From Parachlamydiales bacterium (GTDB taxonomy: Bacteria > Chlamydiota > Chlamydiia > Chlamydiales > SM23-39), in assembly GCA_050302075.1 (NCBI GenBank), contig JBNLAH010000002.1, forward strand, positions 132,253-196,252: 64,000 nucleotides of DNA, written 5' to 3'. The stretch's first letter is position 1. The number at the start of each line of letters is the position of its first letter. The notes below the pieces were generated by a model. It worked only from the letters and a program-made list of their open reading frames with translations. It was not told the DNA's origin and searched no databases. This document shows positions 1-9,840 of the stretch, piece after piece. A program made the position numbers and the translations under genes.

Positions 1-38
1 ATCATTAGTATTAAATCAATAATGCAGCAGGAGAAAAT

Positions 39-1868
39 ATGATTAAAGAAAGAAAAGATTTAACACCGGAAATGATGTGGAATGTTGATGAACTTTATTT
101 ATCATGGGAAGAATGGGAAAATGACTTTAAGAAATTATCCACAAGTGAAAACTTTCCAAAATGGCCTCAAATTAATAATTTAAAAGGAAGCTTGCAAGAG
201 TCAGCTCAAACACTTGCAAAGCTGTTAAATTATTATTTCACTATAGAAAGGCTAATTGAAAAATTGTTTACTTATGCTCATTTACGATTAGATGAGGATC
301 TAGGTGATGACAAGTCAAAAAATGCTTATGGTAAAATTTTAGCTGTGTCGCATGAATTTAGATTTGAAACATCTTGGATTGAGCCTCAAATTCTTGAAAT
401 ACCAGACCAGGTTTTTAAAAACTTTTTGAAAGATGATAATTTAAGACCATATTTATTTTTTCTTGAGAAAGTCTATCGCTTAAAACCACATACTCTATCG
501 CTTAAAGAAGAAGAACTTTTAGCCCTTAGCTCTAAATCTTTAGATGCAGCACATAAAGCATTTAGTGCATTTAATGACGCTGACCTTAAATTTGAAAAAG
601 TAAAAGACTCAAATAACAAAGAACATGAGCTTACCAATGGGCTTTACTCCAATTATTTAAGAAATAGAGACCGAACCTTAAGAAAAAATTCATTCGAGGT
701 ATTGCATTCTACTTACACAGAATATGAAAATACATTAGCTGAATTGCTTCAAGGGCAGTTAATGAATCACTTATATATATCGCGTGCCCGTAAATATGAC
801 AGCTGCCTTAACTGCGCTCTTAACGCCCATAATATTGACCCCAAGGTATATCATAACCTGATTGAGCAAACGCGTAAAAAATTATCATCTTTGCACCGCT
901 ATGTTTCAATTAGAAAAAAAATAATGAAATTAGATGAGATGCATTTGTACGACCTATATGCTCCCTTAGTAGAAGAAGTTGACCTTAAATGGAGCTATGA
1001 AGAGGCTTGTGATCTAGTTATAGACTCTGTAGCCCCTCTTGGAGATGAATATCAAAATGTTTTAAGAAAAGGGCTTTTAGAGGATAGATGGGTAGATCCT
1101 TTTGAAAATGCTAGAAAGCGCTCCGGGGCATATTCTAGCGGATGTTATGATAGCATGCCCTATATTCTTATGAATTTTCACGGCTCACTAAACGATGTTT
1201 TAACTCTAGCTCATGAAGCCGGCCACAGTATGCATTCTTATCTTAGTCATGAAAACCAAAGCTTTCAAGATTCACAGTATCCAATTTTTGTAGCTGAGGT
1301 TGCGTCTACTTTTAATGAGCAGCTTTTACTTCAACATCTAATGAAAAAGTATAAAGATCCTAAAATTCAAACTTTTATTTTGAACTATAGGGTTGAAGGA
1401 ATTAGGACAACTTTTTTTAGACAGGCGATGTTTGCTGAATTCGAGTTAAAAATGCACGAACTAGTAGAAAAACAAGTTCCACTAACCCCATCTCTTTTAA
1501 AGTCTAGTTATTTAGAATTGAACAAAAATTATTTTGGAAAAGATATTATTATCGATGAAAATATCTCAATTGAGTGGGCTAGGATACCGCATTTTTATTA
1601 TAATTTCTATGTTTACCAATATTCTACGGGGATTAGTGCAGCTTTTGCTTTATTTAAAAAAGTAAAATCATCTCCTAATGCAAGAGAAAATTATCTGACA
1701 TTTTTAAAATCTGGTGGTAGTAAGTATCCGCTTGACCTTTTAAAAACAGCTGGGGTTGATATGCTCCAAAGTAGTGCAATAAATGCTATTTTAGATGATT
1801 TTGATAGTATGTTAGATTCGCTAGAAACTATAGTTCAAGGAGAGGAGTTTAAAATAGGCTCCATTTAA
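39..1868 (+). CDS. pepF: Oligoendopeptidase F (M3B zinc metallopeptidase)
   Basis: 609-aa ORF with an HExxH zinc motif (LAHEAGHSMH) and PepF-like length and layout. Confidence 0.9.
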   Translation: MIKERKDLTPEMMWNVDELYLSWEEWENDFKKLSTSENFPKWPQINNLKGSLQESAQTLAKLLNYYFTIERLIEKLFTYAHLRLDEDLGDDKSKNAYGKILAVSHEFRFETSWIEPQILEIPDQVFKNFLKDDNLRPYLFFLEKVYRLKPHTLSLKEEELLALSSKSLDAAHKAFSAFNDADLKFEKVKDSNNKEHELTNGLYSNYLRNRDRTLRKNSFEVLHSTYTEYENTLAELLQGQLMNHLYISRARKYDSCLNCALNAHNIDPKVYHNLIEQTRKKLSSLHRYVSIRKKIMKLDEMHLYDLYAPLVEEVDLKWSYEEACDLVIDSVAPLGDEYQNVLRKGLLEDRWVDPFENARKRSGAYSSGCYDSMPYILMNFHGSLNDVLTLAHEAGHSMHSYLSHENQSFQDSQYPIFVAEVASTFNEQLLLQHLMKKYKDPKIQTFILNYRVEGIRTTFFRQAMFAEFELKMHELVEKQVPLTPSLLKSSYLELNKNYFGKDIIIDENISIEWARIPHFYYNFYVYQYSTGISAAFALFKKVKSSPNARENYLTFLKSGGSKYPLDLLKTAGVDMLQSSAINAILDDFDSMLDSLETIVQGEEFKIGSI

Positions 1869-1949
1869 AAATTATTGTAAAAAAACTACGGCTGAAGTAT
1901 TAATATTCTACGGGTTTCGCCTCATCTTTTAACTTCAGTAAAGATCAAT

Positions 1950-2231
1950 ATGAGAGACAACAGAGCTGTAGCTACATTTATAATAGTTAATGAAAAAGGC
2001 CTTCATACAAGGCCTTCTACAGAACTTGTTAAATGTGCTTCAGCTTTCAGATCTCACATACAGCTTTATTTTAGAGAGTACGTAGTGAACGCTAAGTCAT
2101 TGTTAGGAATTTTGATGCTAGCTGCTTCTAAAGGATCTAAAATAAAAGTTGAAGCAATTGGTGCTGATGCAGAACAGGCTGTTGCTGAAATTTTAAAATT
2201 AGCTAGTAATAAGTTTAATATGAGATACTAG
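1950..2231 (+). CDS. ptsH: Phosphocarrier protein HPr
   Basis: 93 aa. Active-site His context GLHTRPS and regulatory Ser region NAKSLLGIL are typical of HPr. Confidence 0.85.
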   Translation: MRDNRAVATFIIVNEKGLHTRPSTELVKCASAFRSHIQLYFREYVVNAKSLLGILMLAASKGSKIKVEAIGADAEQAVAEILKLASNKFNMRY

Positions 2232-2908
2232 TTAATAATTTTAGTTTCTCTATTTTCAAAACCGATGATTACACGCTTTGCTATGTTAAAGAAAAAACCA
2301 GTATCTACAACACCTGGAATAGCTTTAATTCTAGAATGGATATTTTCAGGAGAATCTTTTGAGTCAAAGATATCTACATCTAAAATATAGTTTCCATTAT
2401 CAGTGATAAGAAGAGAGTTATTTTCATTTTTTCTGAATGAAGATAAGAAATTCATTTTCTCTAAAGTGGATTTCACATGAGTATATCCAAAAGGAAGCAC
2501 TTCTACAGGTAATTTTCTTTTCCCTAATTTGCTTACGACTTTAGTTTCATCAACTATTGCAACCATTTCCTTACTTGAAACGGCTAGGATTTTTTCTCTT
2601 ACGTGAGCACCGCCGCCGCCTTTTATCATTCTTTTTTCACCATCAATTTCATCTGCTCCATCAACTGTAATATCGATTTGAGGGACTTCATCGATTTTTT
2701 TTATTAGGATGTTTCCTTTTTTGGCAATTTCTTCAGATCTTTTGGAACTACTGACAGCGATAATATTGAGTCCATTTTTTACTTCTTCAATCAGGTAGGA
2801 AATAAAATACTCAGATGTAGACCCGCTACCCAATCCGACAATTGTATTAGGTTTGATAAATTTAATTGCTGCCTTAGCTGCATTTTTCTTAGCTATATCA
2901 TGTGACAT
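2228..2908 (-). CDS. rpiA: Ribose-5-phosphate isomerase A
   Basis: 226 aa with GLGSGST and DGADE motifs and a KGGGGA loop. Confidence 0.9.
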   Translation of the reverse strand: MSHDIAKKNAAKAAIKFIKPNTIVGLGSGSTSEYFISYLIEEVKNGLNIIAVSSSKRSEEIAKKGNILIKKIDEVPQIDITVDGADEIDGEKRMIKGGGGAHVREKILAVSSKEMVAIVDETKVVSKLGKRKLPVEVLPFGYTHVKSTLEKMNFLSSFRKNENNSLLITDNGNYILDVDIFDSKDSPENIHSRIKAIPGVVDTGFFFNIAKRVIIGFENRETKIIN

Positions 2909-2993
2909 GCGTCAAAAAATATCATAAGAAAAAATTCATTGGAATTATTAATTTGTATTTATTACTCTAACAAAAGGTTCTAGGAGTAAAATT

Positions 2994-3407
2994 ATGCCAA
3001 ATAGCGTTTGTAATGATTCAAGAAGTGAAGTAGAAAACTTACAATTTAATGTTGGAAATAATCTATCACCAACAGATAAAAAAATAGGAACCTGTAGAGG
3101 AACGATTAATAACTGTGAAGATCCTAGCCCAAAAACTACTAGAATGATAAAAAAAATCGAATATATGCTAGAAAAAGAGAAAGCGAACTTCACAGAAAAA
3201 GAAGTAAAAAGATGTAAAGAGTCTAATAGAAACTGGCTAGCTACAGGAAAAAGAGAGCTGGTAGATAGAGAATGTATGGCGTTATTCAATGAAAATAAAG
3301 ACTCAGCTCCTGACAGTAAAGCTATTCAAGAGTACAGAAGACAGATAGAAGAGCAATTTCATAGAGAAAGGGAAAGGATTAAAGTTTTGTTAAACCAGAA
3401 AGCTTAA
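2994..3407 (+). CDS. Hypothetical charged, Cys-containing protein
   Basis: ATG is preceded by AGGAG at 7-nt spacing. K/E-rich composition is normal for this genome. Preferred over the antisense ORF 2948-3289, which has a TTG start and no SD. Confidence 0.4.
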   Translation: MPNSVCNDSRSEVENLQFNVGNNLSPTDKKIGTCRGTINNCEDPSPKTTRMIKKIEYMLEKEKANFTEKEVKRCKESNRNWLATGKRELVDRECMALFNENKDSAPDSKAIQEYRRQIEEQFHRERERIKVLLNQKA

Positions 3408-3535
3408 TTTTTTTAAACCAACAAAAAAAAAGATCTTAAACTTTTAAAAATAATCAAATTTTTAAAATTCACATATTAATTGATTGAAATTACAATCCAT
3501 AATAGCCTATTTATAAAAAATGCTAAGTAATAGTT

Positions 3536-4804
3536 ATGGAAAATATTTTAGATCATCTTCAAAAAAGAGGATTAGTTGAAGATACAACTTCCCAAGAGCT
3601 TAAAAAAGTGCTGTCAAATCCAACTAAGTTTTATATTGGTTTTGATCCGACAGCGGATTCTTTGCATTTAGGCAATTTAGTTGGGATTATTGTTTTAGAA
3701 TGGTTCAGACGCTTTGGACACCATCCAATTGCCCTAATAGGAGGAGCTACAGGAAGAATAGGCGACCCTTCTTGGAAAAGCTACGAACGCCCTCTGCTTA
3801 GTGATGATGCTATTTTTCATAACGTTAAATCCATTTCACAGTTTTTTGAAAATCTATTTCCTGATGGTACTGTAAAGATAATCAATAACGACAGTTGGTA
3901 CGGCTCTATGTCTGTTGTTACCTTTCTAAGGGATGTATGCAAGCAATTCAGGATAGGTCCTATGCTAGCGAAAGAAAGCGTAAAAATTAGAATCCAAAGT
4001 GAAGAAGGTATGAGCTTCACAGAGTTTAGTTATCAAGTTCTGCAGGGTTACGACTTTAGTTACTTATTTGAAAAAGAAAATGTCAAACTTCAATTGGGCG
4101 GTAGTGATCAATGGGGAAATATCACAGCGGGAATAGACTTGATTAGAAAACAAAAAAAAGCAACAGCTTATGGCCTTACCTTTCCTCTTTTAGTCGACTC
4201 AGAAGGGAAAAAATTTGGAAAATCAGAAAGTGGGGCTATTTGGCTTAGTGCAGATAAACTCTCTCCGTATGATTTTTATCAATATCTCTATAGAGTATCG
4301 GATAAAGATGTGATCAAGCTATTAAAAATGATGACATTTCTGGATTTATCAGAAATTGAAAAAATAGAAAAAAGCATGTGCTCCGACGACTATGTCCCAA
4401 ATACTGCTCAAAAAATCTTGGCTGAAAATGTAACAAAGTTTGTGCATTCTCAAGAAGGGTTAGACCTAGCTCAGAAAGTAACTCTTGGGGTATATTCGTC
4501 TTCAAAAAATATAATTTCAGGGGATGTTCTTAAGGAAATAGCAAAAGACATGCCTCATTCTACCTATAAATTAGAGGATGTTTTAGGTAAAAAGTTCACT
4601 GAAGTTGCCGCGATCTGCGGGATTGCAGCGAGCAAATCTGAGGCTCTTAGGCTACTTAAGGGTGGTGGAGCATACGTAAACAATAAAAAAATCTTAGATG
4701 AGAATTTTCTTTTTTCTAACGAAGATTTCATAGAGGGAAAGTATATTTTAATAGGCATTGGAAAGAAGAAAAAACATTTGATTGAACTTGAAAATTCTCA
4801 ATAA
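3536..4804 (+). CDS. tyrS: Tyrosyl-tRNA synthetase
   Basis: HIGH-type motif (DSLHLGN), KMSKS-type motif (KFGKS) and a C-terminal S4-like domain. Confidence 0.95.
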   Translation: MENILDHLQKRGLVEDTTSQELKKVLSNPTKFYIGFDPTADSLHLGNLVGIIVLEWFRRFGHHPIALIGGATGRIGDPSWKSYERPLLSDDAIFHNVKSISQFFENLFPDGTVKIINNDSWYGSMSVVTFLRDVCKQFRIGPMLAKESVKIRIQSEEGMSFTEFSYQVLQGYDFSYLFEKENVKLQLGGSDQWGNITAGIDLIRKQKKATAYGLTFPLLVDSEGKKFGKSESGAIWLSADKLSPYDFYQYLYRVSDKDVIKLLKMMTFLDLSEIEKIEKSMCSDDYVPNTAQKILAENVTKFVHSQEGLDLAQKVTLGVYSSSKNIISGDVLKEIAKDMPHSTYKLEDVLGKKFTEVAAICGIAASKSEALRLLKGGGAYVNNKKILDENFLFSNEDFIEGKYILIGIGKKKKHLIELENSQ

Positions 4805-4888
4805 TTAAAAAAATTTATATAAACAACTTGTGCGAAAATAGTGATCTCAACACAATGAAGCTAAGATTGTGGTCGAAAGGAGACAGGG

Positions 4889-5209
4889 ATGGCGACGATA
4901 ACGAAGAAAAATATTATTCAAAAAATATCTCAAACTCATAGGATGCATCCTAATGAAGTGAGAAATGTGGTACAAGCTTTTTTAGATGAAATGACAGATA
5001 TTTTGTCAAAAGGTGATAGACTTGAGTTTCGTGACTTCGGTGTATTTGAGATAGTCGAAAGAAAGCAAAAAGTCGGAAGAAATCCTAAAAATGCCTCAGT
5101 TCCAATAGTTATTCCGGCTAGAAAAGCTGTTAAATTTACTCCTGGGAAAAAGATGAAAAAATTAATTGAAGAATCAAAGGCAGAGCCGAGTTCTGGCATT
5201 TCTAAATAA
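4889..5209 (+). CDS. HU/IHF-family DNA-binding protein
   Basis: 106 aa. The beta-arm signature GRNPKN..V.IPARK.VKF.PGK is typical of HU/IHF. AAGGAGA SD lies upstream. Confidence 0.85.
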   Translation: MATITKKNIIQKISQTHRMHPNEVRNVVQAFLDEMTDILSKGDRLEFRDFGVFEIVERKQKVGRNPKNASVPIVIPARKAVKFTPGKKMKKLIEESKAEPSSGISK

Positions 5210-5364
5210 AATTTACAATATTTCAAACTTTCACCTTTCAAATATTTCATTTTTTGTTAGAAATATTTTAAATGAAGTTAAATAATAATTATTATTGCTA
5301 AGTAATCTTTAATTATCTCATATTAAAAACTTTTTTACTTTAAAAAAACTAATTTTAGTCTTAC

Positions 5365-5393
5365 TTGAAAAAATTTCCATATTACATCATAAT
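5365..5393 (+). promoter_or_regulatory. Candidate sigma-66/70-type promoter (TTGAAA-N17-CATAAT)
   Basis: Read directly: TTGAAA at 5365-5370, a 17-nt spacer, CATAAT at 5388-5393, about 30 nt upstream of the start at 5424. AT-rich context makes chance matches likely. Confidence 0.3.
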
Positions 5394-5423
5394 TGAGTTT
5401 TTCCCGTATTTAAGGAGGAGACT

Positions 5424-6461
5424 TTGTCTAAGCCAAAAATAATTTTAGTTGGTGCGATCTTTTTATTTGTATCAATTGGAATAATGTCTTTATTTAAAAA
5501 AAACAAGAATACTGAAATTTCAGAACCGGTCGAGATCTCAAAAAATCCAGTAGAGAAAATTCCAATACCAGAAAAGAAGGTAGTAAAGGATAAGCTGGTA
5601 AATGATTTAATTGAAAAGGAAGCTCCTGAACCTATTCGCTTAGAGAAAAAAGAGGTAGCCGACCTTCCAAAAGTTGATTTAGTTGGAAGGCTTTTTGCAA
5701 CAGACTCTTCTAAACTGCCAATAGTTGAAACAATAACTTATACATCTAGGGTTCCTTGGTTAAAAGGACGTCCTGCTTGGATAGCAGATTATGCATCTCA
5801 TTATTCTACTTCGAGACACTTTATAGCGCGGAGCTTAAATCGAAAACCAGATTATTTCACACAAAACATATCTCCGGGAGACCGTTTTAACGTAATTAGA
5901 ACTGACCTAGATCTGTCTTTTTATCTTCTAGTTGATACTTCAATGTGCAAAATGTGGTTTTATTGCGTTGATTCAGAAAGAAATGAAAGGGTTTTATTAA
6001 AAATTTATGATGTTGGTATTGGAAGAAAAGAACCTAAAAAACAATCAGGATGCTTAACTCCATCTGGTAAATATTTACTTGGTAGTAAGATTGCAATTTA
6101 TAAAGAAGGAATAATGGGGTATTTCCAAGATCAAAAAGTTGAAATGCTTCAGGTTTTTGGAACAAGGTGGATACCATTCGAAAAGGAAATAGAAGGGTGT
6201 TCTGATAGTGCAAAAGGATATGGAATACATGGATCACCATGGCATAAAGACCCAACAACCGGCAAGTTAGTTGAAGATAGATCTCATATTAGAAGATATG
6301 ACAGTGATGGATGTATCCGTTTAAACTCTGAAGATATTGAAGAGCTTTTTTCTATCATTATCACTAAGCCAACAACAGTTGAAATAGTTGATGATTTCAA
6401 AAATGCTACTCTCCCAGGGAAAGAGAGAGAAAACTTTTCTATTTCTCGCCTAAATAAATGA
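5424..6461 (+). CDS. Membrane-anchored L,D-transpeptidase (YkuD) domain protein
   Basis: TTG start 4 nt after AAGGAGGAG. N-terminal TM segment. C-terminal YGIHGS...SDGCIRL matches the YkuD catalytic His and Cys motifs. Confidence 0.75.
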   Translation: MSKPKIILVGAIFLFVSIGIMSLFKKNKNTEISEPVEISKNPVEKIPIPEKKVVKDKLVNDLIEKEAPEPIRLEKKEVADLPKVDLVGRLFATDSSKLPIVETITYTSRVPWLKGRPAWIADYASHYSTSRHFIARSLNRKPDYFTQNISPGDRFNVIRTDLDLSFYLLVDTSMCKMWFYCVDSERNERVLLKIYDVGIGRKEPKKQSGCLTPSGKYLLGSKIAIYKEGIMGYFQDQKVEMLQVFGTRWIPFEKEIEGCSDSAKGYGIHGSPWHKDPTTGKLVEDRSHIRRYDSDGCIRLNSEDIEELFSIIITKPTTVEIVDDFKNATLPGKERENFSISRLNK

Positions 6462-6471
6462 AGGAAAATAA

Positions 6472-7482
6472 ATGAAGAATAATAATAAAAATACAACTTT
6501 ACTTCCTCATGAAAAGGAAATAGCTGAACATGAAAATACTGTTAAGCTTGTAAAAGAAAAAAACATGAAAAGTGAGCTCTGGTCTGAAAAAGAAATCCAA
6601 AAAATGGAACAGAAAATCGAGAGACTAAAGAAAAACGTTTATTCAAAGCTACAGCCGTGGGATAGGGTTGCAATTTGTCGCCACCAGATGAGACCTCACT
6701 CAATCGACTTTATCCAAAATATTTGTGAAGATTTTGTAGAAATTCATGGAGATCGTTGTTTTAGGGATGATCCTGCTGTTATTGCCGGTTTTGGGAGGAT
6801 TGGAAACCAGAAATTTATGATTATAGGACAAGAAAAGGGAAAAGATACGGAAAGCAGAATTCATAGAAATTTTGGGATGCTTCACCCCGAAGGATATCGT
6901 AAAGCGCTAAGGTGTATGGAGCTTGCCGCTAAATTTGACATTCCTATTTTGTCACTATTAGACACCCAAGGGGCATATCCAGGTTTTAGTGCTGAAGAAA
7001 GAGGTCAAGGATACGCAATTGCAAAAAACTTGCTTGAAATGTTCCGAATTAAGGTTCCAATTATTGTGCTATTAATTGGTGAAGGGTGTTCTGGCGGTGC
7101 TCTTGGAATGGGGATCGGCGATGTGATTGGAATGCTTGAGCATTCTTATTATTCTGTGATTTCACCTGAAGGTTGTGCTTCAATTCTTTGGAAAGACTCT
7201 AAAAAAAATGCACAGGCTGCAGATGCTTTAAAACTTCTTTCTGAAGATCTTTTAAAACTCAAAGTCATTGATGAAATACTTCCAGAACCACTTGGAGGAG
7301 CACATCATGACCCTCAAGTTGTTTATGAAAATGTAAAAGGCTTTGTTATAAAAAGTATTGAAATGTTGAAAAATATTCCTAACGAGGATTTACTAAAGAG
7401 ACGGTTTCAGAAATTTCGTTCAATGGGGGAGTTTTTCACAGAAGATGAAGTTACTTATACAAGCAGCGATCAGAAGCAGTAA
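6472..7482 (+). CDS. accA: Acetyl-CoA carboxylase carboxyltransferase alpha subunit
   Basis: 336 aa with AccA-like core (GDR.F.DD.A...G.GR..G...IG.EKG, LLDT.GAYPG..AEERGQ). Confidence 0.9.
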   Translation: MKNNNKNTTLLPHEKEIAEHENTVKLVKEKNMKSELWSEKEIQKMEQKIERLKKNVYSKLQPWDRVAICRHQMRPHSIDFIQNICEDFVEIHGDRCFRDDPAVIAGFGRIGNQKFMIIGQEKGKDTESRIHRNFGMLHPEGYRKALRCMELAAKFDIPILSLLDTQGAYPGFSAEERGQGYAIAKNLLEMFRIKVPIIVLLIGEGCSGGALGMGIGDVIGMLEHSYYSVISPEGCASILWKDSKKNAQAADALKLLSEDLLKLKVIDEILPEPLGGAHHDPQVVYENVKGFVIKSIEMLKNIPNEDLLKRRFQKFRSMGEFFTEDEVTYTSSDQKQ

Positions 7483-9379
7483 ACATATTAGCTTAGCTAT
7501 ATTTACATTTCTTGCTTTGATTCTTTTAACTATTTCAAATCAGCTGGAGATGTTTTCACTTGGTTTGATGACAAATACTACTTCCACTGACTTTTTTTCA
7601 ATGTTCGGTGAAAAAAAACAAGGCAGAGTTCGGACAGCTGAGCAAGTTGAATTAAATCAAATAATTAATAAATGGGATGATATTGACAAAGACAAAAAAG
7701 GGTATGTCACTAAAAAAGATACTGCCATTTACATGTCAAAAAAAAGAGATTCCAATCCTGTTAACCACATTTTAAGAAAGCTCTCTTTGAAGTTGGACTT
7801 TGAGAAGAACTTTTCGGTTTTGATTTTTTTTCTAGTTATTGTAGCGATATTTAAAGCTGTCAACCTTTTTACGGCGCGATATATGACTCAGATTCTTTCG
7901 ATTCGGATTACAAGGGATCTCAGGCATCAGTTTTTTAAGCATATTCAATCGCTCCCACTTAGCTTCTATAATGAATACAATTTAGGGTCATTGACATCAA
8001 GAGCGATTGGAGATGCAGGTCAAATAGCATCTTCATTAAACTCGATGTTGGTAAATTATTTACAGACACCATTCGCGGTTTTCAGTTCTTTGTTTTGTTG
8101 TTTTTATATTTCTTGGGAGCTTTCTTTAATAATCTTTGTTGGAATTCCTTTTATAATTTTTCCGATAATATTTTTTACAAAAAAAATTAAAAACGTAACA
8201 AGACAACTTCAAAAAAAGCAGGAGAGTTTTACATCTGTACTTTTAGATTTTTTATCGGGAATTCATACTATCAAAATTTATGCAATGGAGATGTTTTCAT
8301 TAAAAAAGTATGAAGAACAAAATAACCAGATGGCAAGGTTAGAAGTTAAAAATGCAAAGTACTCATTGCTAACAAGGCCGGTTCTTCACACTGTTACAAC
8401 CACATGTCTTGCTGTCATATTGCTTTTTGGGTTTTATACGTTGAGAATGACTGTTTCGCAAGTAATCACATTCTGCGGAATGTTGTATTTATTTTATGAG
8501 CCTGTAAAAAAATTTGCAGAAGAAAATGCAAATATTCAAAAAGGAATAGTAGCAGCGGAAAGAATGTTTGAAGTCTTGAATATGAAACCTAAAATTACTG
8601 ATTCTAAATCTGCTATTGAATTAAGAGATTTTAAAAATGAAATTTCTTTTAACAATGTATGGTTTAAATATACGGACAAGTGGATCTTAAAAGATTTAAG
8701 TTTTACTGTTAAAAAAGGGGAGACAGTAGCTATTGTAGGGCCGACTGGTGCAGGCAAGTCAACAATAGTACAGCTAATTCCTAGGCTTTATGATATACAA
8801 AAAGGGACAATTTCCATTGATGGGAAATCAGTTAAAGATTTTACACAAAAGTCACTAAAAGAGCAGATTGCTTTTATACCTCAAAGACCTTTTTTATTTT
8901 ATGACACAATTTTAGAAAACATTTGCTTTGGCAATAAGTTCTCTTTTGAAAAAGTTATAGAAGCCTCAAAAAAGGCACATGCACATGAATTTATTGTTAA
9001 CTTGCCAGATAGATATAACACGGTAATAGCAGAAACTGGAAAAACACTATCTGGAGGACAGCAACAAAGGCTTGCTATAGCTAGGGCATTAATTAAAGAT
9101 GTCCCACTTTTAATCATGGACGAGGCAACATCATCTTTAGATGCTATCAGTGAAAATAAAATTAAGCTAGCAGTCCAAGCTCTTCAAGGCTCTATTACTC
9201 AAATTATTATAGCCCACCGCTTATCAACTATAGAACATGCTGATAAAATTATTTATCTTGACCAAGGAGTTAAAATAGCAGAAGGCACTAAAGAACAGTT
9301 GTTAAATGAATGTCCAGCATTTAAGCAGATGTGGGATGCTTTTCATAAAGTAAAAGAAGCTGATTTAAGTGTATCCTAA
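7445..9379 (+). CDS. ABC exporter, fused permease/ATPase (MsbA-like)
   Basis: Six-TM N-terminal half. Walker A GPTGAGKST, ABC signature LSGGQQQR, Walker B LLIMDEATS. Overlaps the accA end by 38 nt. Confidence 0.85.
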   Translation: MKLLIQAAIRSSKHISLAIFTFLALILLTISNQLEMFSLGLMTNTTSTDFFSMFGEKKQGRVRTAEQVELNQIINKWDDIDKDKKGYVTKKDTAIYMSKKRDSNPVNHILRKLSLKLDFEKNFSVLIFFLVIVAIFKAVNLFTARYMTQILSIRITRDLRHQFFKHIQSLPLSFYNEYNLGSLTSRAIGDAGQIASSLNSMLVNYLQTPFAVFSSLFCCFYISWELSLIIFVGIPFIIFPIIFFTKKIKNVTRQLQKKQESFTSVLLDFLSGIHTIKIYAMEMFSLKKYEEQNNQMARLEVKNAKYSLLTRPVLHTVTTTCLAVILLFGFYTLRMTVSQVITFCGMLYLFYEPVKKFAEENANIQKGIVAAERMFEVLNMKPKITDSKSAIELRDFKNEISFNNVWFKYTDKWILKDLSFTVKKGETVAIVGPTGAGKSTIVQLIPRLYDIQKGTISIDGKSVKDFTQKSLKEQIAFIPQRPFLFYDTILENICFGNKFSFEKVIEASKKAHAHEFIVNLPDRYNTVIAETGKTLSGGQQQRLAIARALIKDVPLLIMDEATSSLDAISENKIKLAVQALQGSITQIIIAHRLSTIEHADKIIYLDQGVKIAEGTKEQLLNECPAFKQMWDAFHKVKEADLSVS

Positions 9380-9450
9380 CTATCTATTTAGCCTTTAATT
9401 CTTTAAATAGTGCTATATCCCTAGATGTAATTGGCATTTCATAAGAAAAG

Positions 9451-9500
9451 TCGAGATAATCTGAAATAATATTTAAAAAAAATATTGATTTCGAGATAAT
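9451..9500. repeat. 10-nt direct repeat TCGAGATAAT x2, 40 nt apart, flanking an AT palindrome
   Basis: Exact copies at 9451-9460 and 9491-9500. AATATTT-N5-AAATATT lies between them. Upstream of the small-protein pair. Confidence 0.8.
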
Positions 9501-9525
9501 GAGCAATAGCGGGGGGAGAGGTTTA

Positions 9526-9840
9526 ATGTCTAAAAAAGATACAGCTCAGGAATTTAAACCGGATGATTTTGAGAAGCTCGATGAAGAATTGAATCAATTA
9601 GTAGAGCTAATTCGTCAATTTTCTAGTAATCCTGATAATTACGAAATAAAGCCTAGAATTCAGTATCTTTTAGCTGAAATGTTCTCATTGTCAAAAAAAA
9701 TTGGTGGCAATGTCCTAGATCATGCAGATGAGCTAAAGCTTGATATCAATGCTTTTTTAGACCGTCCGAATACAAAAGGACTGGCACCTAAAATTTTTCA
9801 AGATTTTCAATTGTTAAAAAATGATCTTAGGAGGCTTTGA
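9526..9840 (+). CDS. Hypothetical small helical protein (paralogue A)
   Basis: The ORF track starts at 9499. I prefer the ATG at 9526, which follows GGGGGAGAGG. Predicted all-helical, no TM segment. Confidence 0.5.
   Translation: MSKKDTAQEFKPDDFEKLDEELNQLVELIRQFSSNPDNYEIKPRIQYLLAEMFSLSKKIGGNVLDHADELKLDINAFLDRPNTKGLAPKIFQDFQLLKNDLRRL

Noticed and set aside
2228-2231. ptsH and rpiA converge and share a palindromic CTAG, so both genes use an overlapping TAG stop. Similar convergent overlaps occur at 15481-15486, 33405-33413 and 35362-35365.
   Set aside because: This is a consequence of genome compaction. It is curious but there is no evidence of a specific function.
2948-3289. 113-aa minus-strand ORF overlapping ORF 2994-3407.
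   Set aside because: It has a TTG start with no SD and a low-complexity hydrophobic translation typical of the antisense of a purine-rich coding strand. The plus-strand ORF has ATG plus AGGAG.
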